This document shows, piece after piece, positions 37,838-45,115 of a DNA stretch of 64,000 nt. The notes beneath the pieces are model-generated. The model was not told the origin of the DNA. It did not search any database and saw nothing but the letters and a program-made list of their open reading frames with translations. The stretch is from a virus. Lineage: Duplodnaviria; Caudoviricetes. The stretch covers positions 5,574 through 69,573 of IMG/VR virus record IMGVR_UViG_3300043442_000931; one strand, written 5' to 3'. The translations under genes and the position numbers were made by a program. Every line of letters begins with the position of its first letter. The stretch's first letter is position 1.

Positions 37838-38488
37838 CTAGTCGCGGAGCAGTACCGGCATCAGATGACAGTACAGTCGAACGCCATCCTCCAGCTTGGC
37901 GCTGAAGTGCAGCATCGAACGGTTGGTCTTGCCCCATTGCAGGGACACAACCGTTCTCGGACACAGAGCCACTACCACCCCCAGGAAGTCCTGGGCGAGG
38001 CGGGCATCGAAGTTCAGCGACTCCACCCCCTGGGACTCGGTTCCCTCAATCAGGGAATCAAGGTCGGGGAATGTATACCCCGCATGGGCGGTGGAAATCT
38101 TCTTGTAGTCGAGGTGCATATTCGCACCCTTTTTCCGATTCAGAACATGCGCGATGTCCGAATCGAGAATATCGGCTCGGTGAGCCGAGCCCAGCCGACC
38201 CTTGGCGCGAAACTCGGCCACATTCAGGATGAGTTCGTCATCCCGCATATAGCCGCATGTTATAGCCTTGTCGGCTGTTATGTCGTAAATCTCGGCAGGA
38301 ACTGCCGGGATCTCGATTCGGAACATCCGCCAGCCATCCGTGGCATCCAGCAACAGCTTCGTGCCGTTCTGGACTTTGCGAATTCGTACAACGTTGCTGA
38401 TGGGCAGCTTCGTTGCGTCTTGGCTGGAGAACTGGACTGCTGCCCACAGAATACGGGGCGGCAGGATTGCGAGAAGTTCGCCGTTCAT
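37838..38488 (-). CDS. DNA sliding clamp (beta subunit)-like protein
   Basis: LDATDGWRMFRI resembles ATDGHRL; YTFPDLDSLI, NFDARL, and C-terminal HLMPV resemble DnaN repeats. Confidence 0.5.
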   Translation of the reverse strand: MNGELLAILPPRILWAAVQFSSQDATKLPISNVVRIRKVQNGTKLLLDATDGWRMFRIEIPAVPAEIYDITADKAITCGYMRDDELILNVAEFRAKGRLGSAHRADILDSDIAHVLNRKKGANMHLDYKKISTAHAGYTFPDLDSLIEGTESQGVESLNFDARLAQDFLGVVVALCPRTVVSLQWGKTNRSMLHFSAKLEDGVRLYCHLMPVLLRD

Positions 38489-38522
38489 GGTTGGTTCCGT
38501 TGTGTTTCAGTTGTTTGGTTGG

Positions 38523-38578
38523 TAGCACCACTCAGTCGAAGTCAACACCACCACGTGAAGGTGGGTGCTATTGGTGTC
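38523..38578 (-). ncRNA. Minimal HDV-like ribozyme #6
   Basis: P1 GACACC/GGUGUU, P2 UAGCACC/GGUGCUA, L3 UUCACGU (same as CPEB3) with P1.1 GA, J4/2 CUGA. Confidence 0.9.
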
Positions 38579-38599
38579 GTGGGGCCGAAGCCCCTAGGG

Positions 38600-39028
38600 T
38601 TAGGCGACCATCTGATTCAGGCGACGATATTCGTCCTGGGTGTATTCGTATAGTTCTGCGATACCCACCGGACAGAATGCCTCGTGGATTGCCGGAATCA
38701 GACTGACGGACATTGAGGCGTATAAGTCCCCATTTATACAGTCTGCATTAGGCAACTCAAAAACGTCGTGAGCATGCCCGGTTTGACACAAACCACAAGG
38801 CAGATGCAGCTCAACCCGCAGCTTCATAGCTGCAAGGCTTGTTATTGCTTTTGGGGTGTAGGGAGACTCATACATAACTACATTGACTTGCATAAACATG
38901 TACCGAACCAGTAACAGTTCAGTAGTTCCATTCAAACGCTCCGGGGTCTCCCAAAGTTTTTGAATGAATAGTGGGTTAACGCTAGCCAATGCAAGCTGCT
39001 TCATGTCATACAGATTTTTGAAGTTCAT
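38600..39028 (-). CDS. Hypothetical protein
   Basis: ATG MNFKN after ribozyme #7 leader. Confidence 0.6.
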   Translation of the reverse strand: MNFKNLYDMKQLALASVNPLFIQKLWETPERLNGTTELLLVRYMFMQVNVVMYESPYTPKAITSLAAMKLRVELHLPCGLCQTGHAHDVFELPNADCINGDLYASMSVSLIPAIHEAFCPVGIAELYEYTQDEYRRLNQMVA

Positions 39029-39051
39029 TGTGATTTCGTTGTTTGGTTGGT

Positions 39052-39103
39052 TGCTCGTTGGTTGGTTATCCAGCACCACCACGGGGAGGTGAGCATTGGT
39101 GCC
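39052..39103 (-). ncRNA. Minimal HDV-like ribozyme #7
   Basis: P2 UGCUC/GAGCA, L3 UCCCCGU, J4/2 CCAAC. Confidence 0.8.
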
Positions 39104-39127
39104 ACGGAGCCCACAGGCTCCGCATCC

Positions 39128-39235
39128 TTACAGGGTCATCAGTTGGTAAAGGCAGTAGAGAATGATTATCAGTCCCACTATCAGAATGAATAGTGCGCCT
39201 TTTGGGTTAAGCGCAACGAACAACAAGCTGCTCAT
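39128..39235 (-). CDS. Small membrane peptide (35 aa)
   Basis: MSSLLFVALNPKGALFILIVGLIIILYCLYQLMTL; GGAGA upstream. Confidence 0.5.
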   Translation of the reverse strand: MSSLLFVALNPKGALFILIVGLIIILYCLYQLMTL

Positions 39236-39353
39236 GGCTTTTCTCCTGGGTATTGGTTGATTGAAACACGGGCAGTTTCGGACCCTGGTCGATTAGTTCC
39301 AAGGAACGATAGCGACGGCGCAGATGCGCCTCGCGGTTGATTGTGTGAAACAT
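39207..39353 (-). CDS. Small hypothetical protein (48 aa)
   Basis: MFHTINREAHLRRRYRSLELIDQ... directly after ribozyme #8 leader. Confidence 0.5.
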   Translation of the reverse strand: MFHTINREAHLRRRYRSLELIDQGPKLPVFQSTNTQEKSHEQLVVRCA

Positions 39354-39374
39354 GTTGTGATCCGTTGTTTGGTT

Positions 39375-39427
39375 GATCAGTTGGTTGGTTATCCAGCACC
39401 ACCACGGGGAGGTCTGATCGGGGTGCC
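39375..39427 (-). ncRNA. Minimal HDV-like ribozyme #8
   Basis: P2 GAUCAG/CUGAUC, L3 UCCCCGU, J4/2 CCAA. Confidence 0.9.
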
Positions 39428-39449
39428 ACGGGGCTCTAGGCCCCTGCTG

Positions 39450-39896
39450 CTAGGGCAGCACTTGAACGGGAAGAACGTAGCTACGGGCATTGCAGGTTTC
39501 GCCGTAAAGATCGAGGATGCGATCTCGCTCAACATCAGCGGCTGCCTGTGCGGATTCTTCCGTTGTGTGGATAGTCAACGGATTGAAGTCGGTGCCACCC
39601 TCATATACGTCGTACCAAGACACGTAACCCTGAAACAGGGTTACAACTGCGGGGGCTGCAAAAACCTCGTCTTCGGTGATAGCGATTTTGTCCCGATCAG
39701 GGGGGACAATCAGCTCCTCCAAAGAGGAGATTCTGGTTTTTGGCACGTCAGCACCTTCGCAGAACTCCAGGGGGTCGTACCCAGCCTGGAAAGCACCCTC
39801 CAGGGATGCTTGTGCGGCGCTCAAGTCACCATCTACTTCCATGTAGATGGTGTAGTTGTTGCTGTAGACAACTACAGCCTTGTAGTAGCGAGTCAT
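39450..39896 (-). CDS. Hypothetical acidic protein
   Basis: 148 aa after ribozyme #9 leader. Confidence 0.65.
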   Translation of the reverse strand: MTRYYKAVVVYSNNYTIYMEVDGDLSAAQASLEGAFQAGYDPLEFCEGADVPKTRISSLEELIVPPDRDKIAITEDEVFAAPAVVTLFQGYVSWYDVYEGGTDFNPLTIHTTEESAQAAADVERDRILDLYGETCNARSYVLPVQVLP

Positions 39897-39919
39897 GGTT
39901 TATTCCGTTGTTGTTTGAT

Positions 39920-39972
39920 TGCTCGTTGGTTGGTTATCCAGCACCACCACGTGGAGGTTGAGCATTGGTGCC
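39920..39972 (-). ncRNA. Minimal HDV-like ribozyme #9
   Basis: P2 UGCUC/GAGCA, L3 UCCACGU, J4/2 CCAA. Confidence 0.85.
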
Positions 39973-40015
39973 ATAGCGGACCAACCGCGAGTGCGGCTGG
40001 TCCAGTTCAAACGCT

Positions 40016-40429
40016 TTAGACGATTTGGATGTCGTAGTACAACTGACAGCCCCGCTCCGCGAGGAAATTCAGTATCTGCTGCTGGAGTACATCCGCAGGA
40101 TTACGATCCTGGGATGCGAGTTCCGCACAGGTGACGCTCCGAGGAGCGTCGGGATTCTCAGCCACATGCAGCTCCAGGGCCTTCAGGGGGACACCGCGCT
40201 TGGCTTCGACGGCTGTCATATAGGCAGCGCAGAGGTTGTACAGCTCCACATCGCGTTGCGGCGTTACGGGCGTGACCTCGTCCGTATGGACATCCAGACG
40301 GGCCACGACCCGAATGGTTTCAATCTCGACTTGGGGTTGAGGTTGATAGTTGAAGTGACGCTTACTGACTGCGGTATAGGTGCCGAAGGCAGTTTGCTGG
40401 GTCTTCTTGTTAGAGAAAAGTCCGAACAT
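40016..40429 (-). CDS. Hypothetical protein
   Basis: ATG MFGLF after ribozyme #10 leader. Confidence 0.6.
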   Translation of the reverse strand: MFGLFSNKKTQQTAFGTYTAVSKRHFNYQPQPQVEIETIRVVARLDVHTDEVTPVTPQRDVELYNLCAAYMTAVEAKRGVPLKALELHVAENPDAPRSVTCAELASQDRNPADVLQQQILNFLAERGCQLYYDIQIV

Positions 40430-40457
40430 TTTTTGTTGATTCCGTTGTTGTTTGGTT

Positions 40458-40511
40458 GCATCACTTGGTTGGTTATCCAACACCACCACGGGGAGGTGGA
40501 TGCGTGGTGTC
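40458..40511 (-). ncRNA. Minimal HDV-like ribozyme #10
   Basis: P1 GACACC/GGUGUU, P2 GCAUC/GAUGC, L3 UCCCCGU. Confidence 0.85.
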
Positions 40512-40532
40512 ATTGGGGCCGAAGCCCCAAAA

Positions 40533-40817
40533 TTAAACCCAATCATCAGGTAGTTCTGCTTCGCAATCTATAGCGAACAGATCACCATCCTGATACAGGT
40601 AGTATTCGACTGAAGAATTATCGAACTTAAGACGTGCTTTAGCTAGGACTTCGTCCCAGCAATCCCAGTAATTTTCTGCGTCTGGTCCTGCAAGAAGCAC
40701 ATCTAAGTCTTCTTGCATAATACCTAACAAAGCGGAGGTATTACCGTATTTTTCAGCAAATCTTTTGGGGACATAGACGCCAAAACAGCCGTCTACTATA
40801 AGCATTACTGAGTCCAT
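40533..40817 (-). CDS. Hypothetical acidic protein
   Basis: 94 aa; G.YVP..FA and YYLYQDGDLFA motifs familiar from phage early proteins. Confidence 0.7.
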   Translation of the reverse strand: MDSVMLIVDGCFGVYVPKRFAEKYGNTSALLGIMQEDLDVLLAGPDAENYWDCWDEVLAKARLKFDNSSVEYYLYQDGDLFAIDCEAELPDDWV

Positions 40818-40841
40818 TTGCTATTCCTTTGTTGTTTGGTT

Positions 40842-40895
40842 GCATCACTTGGTTGGTTATCCAACACCACCACGGGGAGGTGGATGCGTGGTGTC
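40842..40895 (-). ncRNA. Minimal HDV-like ribozyme #11 (identical to #10)
   Basis: Same sequence as 40458..40511. Confidence 0.85.
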
Positions 40896-40917
40896 ATCGG
40901 GGCCGAAGCCCCAGCGT

Positions 40918-41331
40918 TCACAGGACAGCATCGAACCACGAGTGCAGGTCGCGCACTAATGTGCGAACTTGCCAGTAGTATTCGTCCTGATAGTTTTTGT
41001 CTAAAGTGCCGCTCTTGAACTCCTGCTGGAGGTAATCCAGATGGAGCTTTAAGTAAAAGAAGGCGTTATCGACTGCTTGAATTTTCATCATGTACTGAGT
41101 CGCTGGTAAAACCAGATTCAGTTCAGGCGCTACGTTTGTAAATTCGTAGTGCCAGCAATCCAGATACACCATATGGTATTTAATGATTTGCACCGCAACC
41201 CCTAGTTGTTGAGGGGTCATCGGACCATACACATATAGCTGCTCTACGTCATTGAGTAACCTGTGTATAGCCTTGATTTTGGTGTTAAGGATTTGCAGAT
41301 TCGCTTCAGCTTGCGAGATTTCGGTAGTCAT
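40918..41331 (-). CDS. Hypothetical protein
   Basis: ATG MTTEI after ribozyme #12 leader. Confidence 0.6.
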   Translation of the reverse strand: MTTEISQAEANLQILNTKIKAIHRLLNDVEQLYVYGPMTPQQLGVAVQIIKYHMVYLDCWHYEFTNVAPELNLVLPATQYMMKIQAVDNAFFYLKLHLDYLQQEFKSGTLDKNYQDEYYWQVRTLVRDLHSWFDAVL

Positions 41332-41356
41332 TGATTTGTGATTCCGTTGTTTGGTT

Positions 41357-41410
41357 AAGTCAATTAGTTGGTTATCCAGCACCACCACGAGGAGGTTTGA
41401 CTTTGGTGCC
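41357..41410 (-). ncRNA. Minimal HDV-like ribozyme #12
   Basis: P2 AAGUCAA/UUGACUU, L3 UCCUCGU, J4/2 CUAA. Confidence 0.9.
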
Positions 41411-41432
41411 ATCGGGGCCGAAGCCCCAGAGC

Positions 41433-41672
41433 TTACAGAACGTCCGCCAGCCAGTTTTCGTAGGCTTCGCAGGCGTTTGTAATGATCTCGATTTCTTCGT
41501 CCAGTTCCGCCTGAGTGAGACGGCCAGCGAGGTAATCCTTTTCCAGCTTGTTCAGCTTGGCCATCTGACGGTCGAACCCGTCTTGGATGGCTCGGATTTG
41601 GTCTTCCCGCGTGATGCGGGAAGCTTGTTGGCTGCGCTCGATGCGACGGACCAGGGTATTGAAGTTGGACAT
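41433..41672 (-). CDS. Hypothetical coiled-coil protein
   Basis: ATG MSNFNT after ribozyme #13 leader. Confidence 0.65.
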   Translation of the reverse strand: MSNFNTLVRRIERSQQASRITREDQIRAIQDGFDRQMAKLNKLEKDYLAGRLTQAELDEEIEIITNACEAYENWLADVL

Positions 41673-41698
41673 TGTTTGTTCCGTTGTTGTTTGGTTGT

Positions 41699-41751
41699 TA
41701 CTTGTTAGTTGGTTATCCAGCACCGGCGCGGGGAGCCCAAGTAGTGGTGCC
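41699..41751 (-). ncRNA. Minimal HDV-like ribozyme #13
   Basis: P3 GGC/GCC (covaried), P2 UACUUG/CAAGUA, L3 UCCCCGC, J4/2 CUAA. Confidence 0.9.
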
Positions 41752-41772
41752 ACGGGGCTTGCGCCCCAAACG

Positions 41773-42036
41773 TTATGCAAGTGCCTGACAGGCTGAAACC
41801 GCCTCATCCAGCGAGTCGAACCCGCACATGACGCGGCAATCATCCGCCAGACTGAGCGTCCATCCCTGGTCAGTTTCGTACTGACACAGGAAGCCATCAG
41901 CCCGGCTGACGCTGAAACCAATTGGTTTTTCGTCATCGCCTAGACACGAGATAACACGGAAACGACCGTCGAACTTGATTCCGGGGAAACAGGTTTCGAC
42001 GGTATCAGCGAACTGGTCAAAGCTCAGGAAAGTCAT
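41773..42036 (-). CDS. Hypothetical protein (first gene of the leftward early operon)
   Basis: 87 aa after twister #2 and the A/C-rich leader. Confidence 0.65.
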   Translation of the reverse strand: MTFLSFDQFADTVETCFPGIKFDGRFRVISCLGDDEKPIGFSVSRADGFLCQYETDQGWTLSLADDCRVMCGFDSLDEAVSACQALA

Positions 42037-42060
42037 CGGTTGTTCCGTTGTTGTTTGGTT

Positions 42061-42130
42061 GTGCCCCTCTGCGTTTACCGGACTTGGGACCGGCCAACCA
42101 ATTCAGAAACTGGTTGGGTCGCATTAGCAC
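42061..42130 (-). ncRNA. Twister ribozyme (type P1, with P3 stem) #2
   Basis: GUGC UAA UGCG ACC CAACCA-N10-UGGUUG GCCGG UCCCAAGU CCGG UAAA CGCA GAGGG GCAC; T2 covaried to AC/GU; cleavage 42126/42125. Confidence 0.92.
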
Positions 42131-42416
42131 CACTCCAGCAAACGTTTGGCGAGGGCCGCACGTGCTGGCGTGTTGCTTCTGGTTGGGACGTACCGCACCC
42201 ACTCGGTGGACTAAACCGTGTCGTCTTCTCCCGTTTCGCGGACCAGATCCGCGCCTCTGTCACCCCGAGGAAGGGCCTTTTATTCAATTGGTCCGTTCAA
42301 ATTGCTACTTCAGGGAACGAGCGCGGTCCGCTTCCGCCGGTTTGTTCTTTTTGTGACGGATCACCTTGAACCGTCCTGCGTTATTTGATTTGAGCTTTCC
42401 CTTTCGGTATGTACCT

Positions 42417-42445
42417 ATTATAGCGCAACTCAACTTATAGTGCAA
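42417..42445 (-). promoter_or_regulatory. Strong sigma70-type leftward early promoter
   Basis: TTGCAC-N17-TATAAT. Confidence 0.75.
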
Positions 42446-42530
42446 CAAATAATTTGGAGAATTCCGGGTTATTTTCTTGGAAAAGCCCAGATTTTGACGC
42501 TATAACGGTACTTATAGTAAGAGAAACATC

Positions 42531-42764
42531 ATGTCTGAGCACAATCCTGGGCTTCGCTTGCAGTTCCACCGCAAACTCCAGGGGCTGGAGCAGCGCGATC
42601 TGGCTGAGTGCCTGGGCGTATCCTCCCAGGCGATCTCGAACTGGGAGGGGAATCGGGCGACACCCCGCCTCAAGCCCCACCAGTACGCGACACTGCTGCG
42701 GATGCTGAAGCTGGAGCCTGACCAGCTAGCGGAGATTTATGCGACCAGCTCCACCTCGATGTGA
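42531..42764 (+). CDS. XRE/Cro-like HTH regulator
   Basis: LEQRDLAECLGVSSQAISNWEGNRATP. Confidence 0.88.
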   Translation: MSEHNPGLRLQFHRKLQGLEQRDLAECLGVSSQAISNWEGNRATPRLKPHQYATLLRMLKLEPDQLAEIYATSSTSM

Positions 42765-43087
42765 CCCTCGCCTGCGGGGTCACGCGCCCAATCCACCTCC
42801 AGGCGCGGGATGACTGCGACATGGTCATTCACCAGCACCCCAGCCTGGACCAGGGCATCCATGACGCTTCCCGCTAGGTTGTCGGTGTCGCCCCGCGCCA
42901 CCGTCCCATACAGGTGGATTCGCAGGCAATCGATACGCTCTATAGGGGCTGCGTGGTACTGCTGCTGGAAGGAGGCAATGGCAGCGTCCTTCCACTGGCG
43001 ATAGTTCGCAGGCATAAAAGCGTGACCGTTCTGGAAACGGGGGCGCGGCTTGCTCATCGGAGGTAGCGCCAAGCTCAACCGCAGCAT
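42737..43087 (-). CDS. rusA: RusA-like Holliday junction resolvase
   Basis: PMSKPRPRF, GDTDNLAGSVMDAL, NDHVAV. Confidence 0.85.
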   Translation of the reverse strand: MLRLSLALPPMSKPRPRFQNGHAFMPANYRQWKDAAIASFQQQYHAAPIERIDCLRIHLYGTVARGDTDNLAGSVMDALVQAGVLVNDHVAVIPRLEVDWARDPAGEGHIEVELVA

Positions 43088-43119
43088 AAACTTTATCCAG
43101 ATTTGGTCATATCTCGATT

Positions 43120-43869
43120 ATGACACTGGAGAGGCAAATGGACTCGCGGATGGCTGTGACGGTGTTGGCACAGACGCCAAACCCTCAGATGCTGGCGTGG
43201 ATGGCAGCTCATCAGGACTACAGCGAGAACGCCGTCTTCCATGAGTTCTGTAAGGGCGAAGTTCCATCCGAAGAAGAGTGCGGACGGCGTGTCGTCAAAC
43301 ATTTGCTGGCAGGAGGACGGGGCCACTTCGGCCCGCTGGAGCATGCGTCAATCACATTCAACGTGATTGGATTTCCCCACGACGTACTCGTCCAGGCCAG
43401 AACCCATCGCATTTCCTCATTCGATGCCCAGAGCCAACGTTATACAGGCCAACGGGTCTGTAAGGTTGCGAAGGGAGAGTTGGATGTCGAGGATGTCTTT
43501 TATCTGCGCCCCGGACTGACCAATTACCGGGACCGAAGTGGCGCAACTTACTATTACAGCACCACCGAGGTTGCGTATCACCGGGTGGAGATATTGGCTG
43601 CGGCCAAACGTTATAACGAACTACTGGAGATGGGGTGGGCGGAAGAACACGCCCGCCAGTTGCTGCCACAGTGCATCCGCCAGCATTTTGTCGCCAGCTT
43701 CAATATGCGCAGCCTGATGCACTTTCTAACCATCCGAGGTAAGGCAGACGCACAGTTTGAGATTCGTCTGATGACACAGTTGATGCTGCCCCACTTTGAA
43801 GCCTGGGCACCCCAAATCTATGGGTGGTTCCAGTCCAACCAGTGGCAAAAGGGGCGACTCGCCCCCTAG
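43120..43869 (+). CDS. thyX: FAD-dependent thymidylate synthase
   Basis: HFGPLEH, ARTHRISSFDAQSQRY, EHARQLLP, NMRSLMHFL..R. Confidence 0.95.
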   Translation: MTLERQMDSRMAVTVLAQTPNPQMLAWMAAHQDYSENAVFHEFCKGEVPSEEECGRRVVKHLLAGGRGHFGPLEHASITFNVIGFPHDVLVQARTHRISSFDAQSQRYTGQRVCKVAKGELDVEDVFYLRPGLTNYRDRSGATYYYSTTEVAYHRVEILAAAKRYNELLEMGWAEEHARQLLPQCIRQHFVASFNMRSLMHFLTIRGKADAQFEIRLMTQLMLPHFEAWAPQIYGWFQSNQWQKGRLAP

Positions 43870-43912
43870 ACTGAGGCCAGTCCTGTCTCTCCAATTGGAT
43901 ACAGAGGAGCCG

Positions 43913-44587
43913 CTAGCCGTGAGAGCTGGCGGCTTTTTTCTGGTTGTACTCGTCCAAGCGTTCCATGAAACGGATTTCCTGAAGCATCAGCTCTGCCGCA
44001 TCCAGTCGCACTACCTGGGCTTCTTCCAAATTCAGGGCAATCACACAATAGGCAGTGTCAATCCGCAGCCCCTGCTCCTGATACACGTGGTGCGCCGCCC
44101 TGCGATAGGCAGCCAACTGGCACATGTAATCCTCCAGATGCTGGGGCTTCTTGGGTCGCAGTGCATTCTTCCAGTCACACAGCACCACTTCGCCGTCCAC
44201 CTCGCAGATGGCATCCAGCGTTCCGCTGAAGCCTAGCGGACTATAGACGGGGGCCTCCAGCACCAGGGGCTGGCCGACGTGGTTGGAGATCCACTGGTGG
44301 GCCGAGTTCCACCACCCCTGCCACACCCAGTGATAGGTGGGCAGCTCACCCCACTCCAGATACCGCTCAATACAGCCGTGCAGCCACTCACCTCGGGCGC
44401 AAGCGTCGGTGCGGATGCGTTCGGCTTCCTCAGCGCCGATGCGCTTGCGCCACGCCTCCAGACCCGCCACGTCCTTGGTTGCCGACAGAATCGCAGTCAC
44501 AGACGGAAACACCCCTTGCGGGGTGCGGTAGTGGCGCGTTGGGCCATCGACCCGTTCGTAGCTGTAGCGGGGCAGGGTTACTCGCAT
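43913..44587 (-). CDS. PD-(D/E)XK exonuclease
   Basis: FPSVTAILS, RGEWLH, FSGTLD...CDWK, YMCQLAAY. Confidence 0.88.
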   Translation of the reverse strand: MRVTLPRYSYERVDGPTRHYRTPQGVFPSVTAILSATKDVAGLEAWRKRIGAEEAERIRTDACARGEWLHGCIERYLEWGELPTYHWVWQGWWNSAHQWISNHVGQPLVLEAPVYSPLGFSGTLDAICEVDGEVVLCDWKNALRPKKPQHLEDYMCQLAAYRRAAHHVYQEQGLRIDTAYCVIALNLEEAQVVRLDAAELMLQEIRFMERLDEYNQKKAASSHG

Positions 44588-44805
44588 GTGATCAGCAGTT
44601 GGTTAGGGGTAACGTCTAGTGCCGCTGCCAGCGACAGCAGCAGCTCCTGGGTGTAGGTGGTTCGGGTGCCGGAACGCAGCCGACGCAGTTGCTGCGTCGA
44701 GATACCCGTCATCTGGGCTAGATCATTCACGCTCAGACCCTTCTTAGTCATCAGAATTTGCAGATTCCACGCCAGACTGTTGGTTGTCATCGCAGATTTG
44801 AGCAA
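44578..44805 (-). CDS. XRE-family HTH regulator
   Basis: LSVNDLAQMTGISTQQLRRL...LAAALDVTPNQL. Confidence 0.85.
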   Translation of the reverse strand: MLKSAMTTNSLAWNLQILMTKKGLSVNDLAQMTGISTQQLRRLRSGTRTTYTQELLLSLAAALDVTPNQLLITCE

Positions 44806-45115
44806 TCAGGTATTGAGCATATTCTGTACCACGTTTAGTCAGGATCCACACTTGGCGAGTGCGTTGTGTTGTTGCATCGTAGCGGCGGTAAGACGCCTTT
44901 TGGATATACCCATTACGGGCCAATTCGGCAAACCGGGGTGTCACACTCTGGAGACCCAGTCCCCAATGCACACCATACAACTCCCAAGCTGCTTCAGATG
45001 AGGTAATGCCAAACTCACCCCTGGGATGTAGCAGTCGGATGATCTGGCGTTGCAGCGAGAATATAACGCCGTTGGCCTTGGCTTCCTTGAGGGCTTGAAT
45101 GCTGGTGATGGACAT
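44744..45115 (-). CDS. Hypothetical winged-helix protein
   Basis: GITSSEAA...QSVTPRFAELARNGYI. Confidence 0.55.
   Translation of the reverse strand: MSITSIQALKEAKANGVIFSLQRQIIRLLHPRGEFGITSSEAAWELYGVHWGLGLQSVTPRFAELARNGYIQKASYRRYDATTQRTRQVWILTKRGTEYAQYLIAQICDDNQQSGVESANSDD

Noticed and set aside
33880-41770. Intergenic repeats read as a CRISPR array or integron attC cassette array
   Set aside because: Spacers are full genes of variable length, no cas or integrase gene is present, attC R/L boxes are absent, and variation preserves an RNA pseudoknot rather than a DNA repeat
38600-41936. ORF-track N-terminal extensions containing VVVLDNQ (38600..39082, 39232..39429, 40016..40546, 40918..41412, 41433..41936)
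   Set aside because: These are conceptual translations of the ribozyme and leader; true starts are the ATGs after the A/C-rich leader
32839-42130. tRNA genes next to the HDV-like ribozymes (theta-ribozyme context)
   Set aside because: No cloverleaf or T-loop GTTCRA motif was recognised 5' of the cleavage sites; the upstream elements are short hairpins after stop codons
42494-42518. Rightward promoter TTGACG...TATAGT for the Cro-like gene
   Set aside because: The spacer is only 13 bp, so it is not supported as a sigma70 promoter
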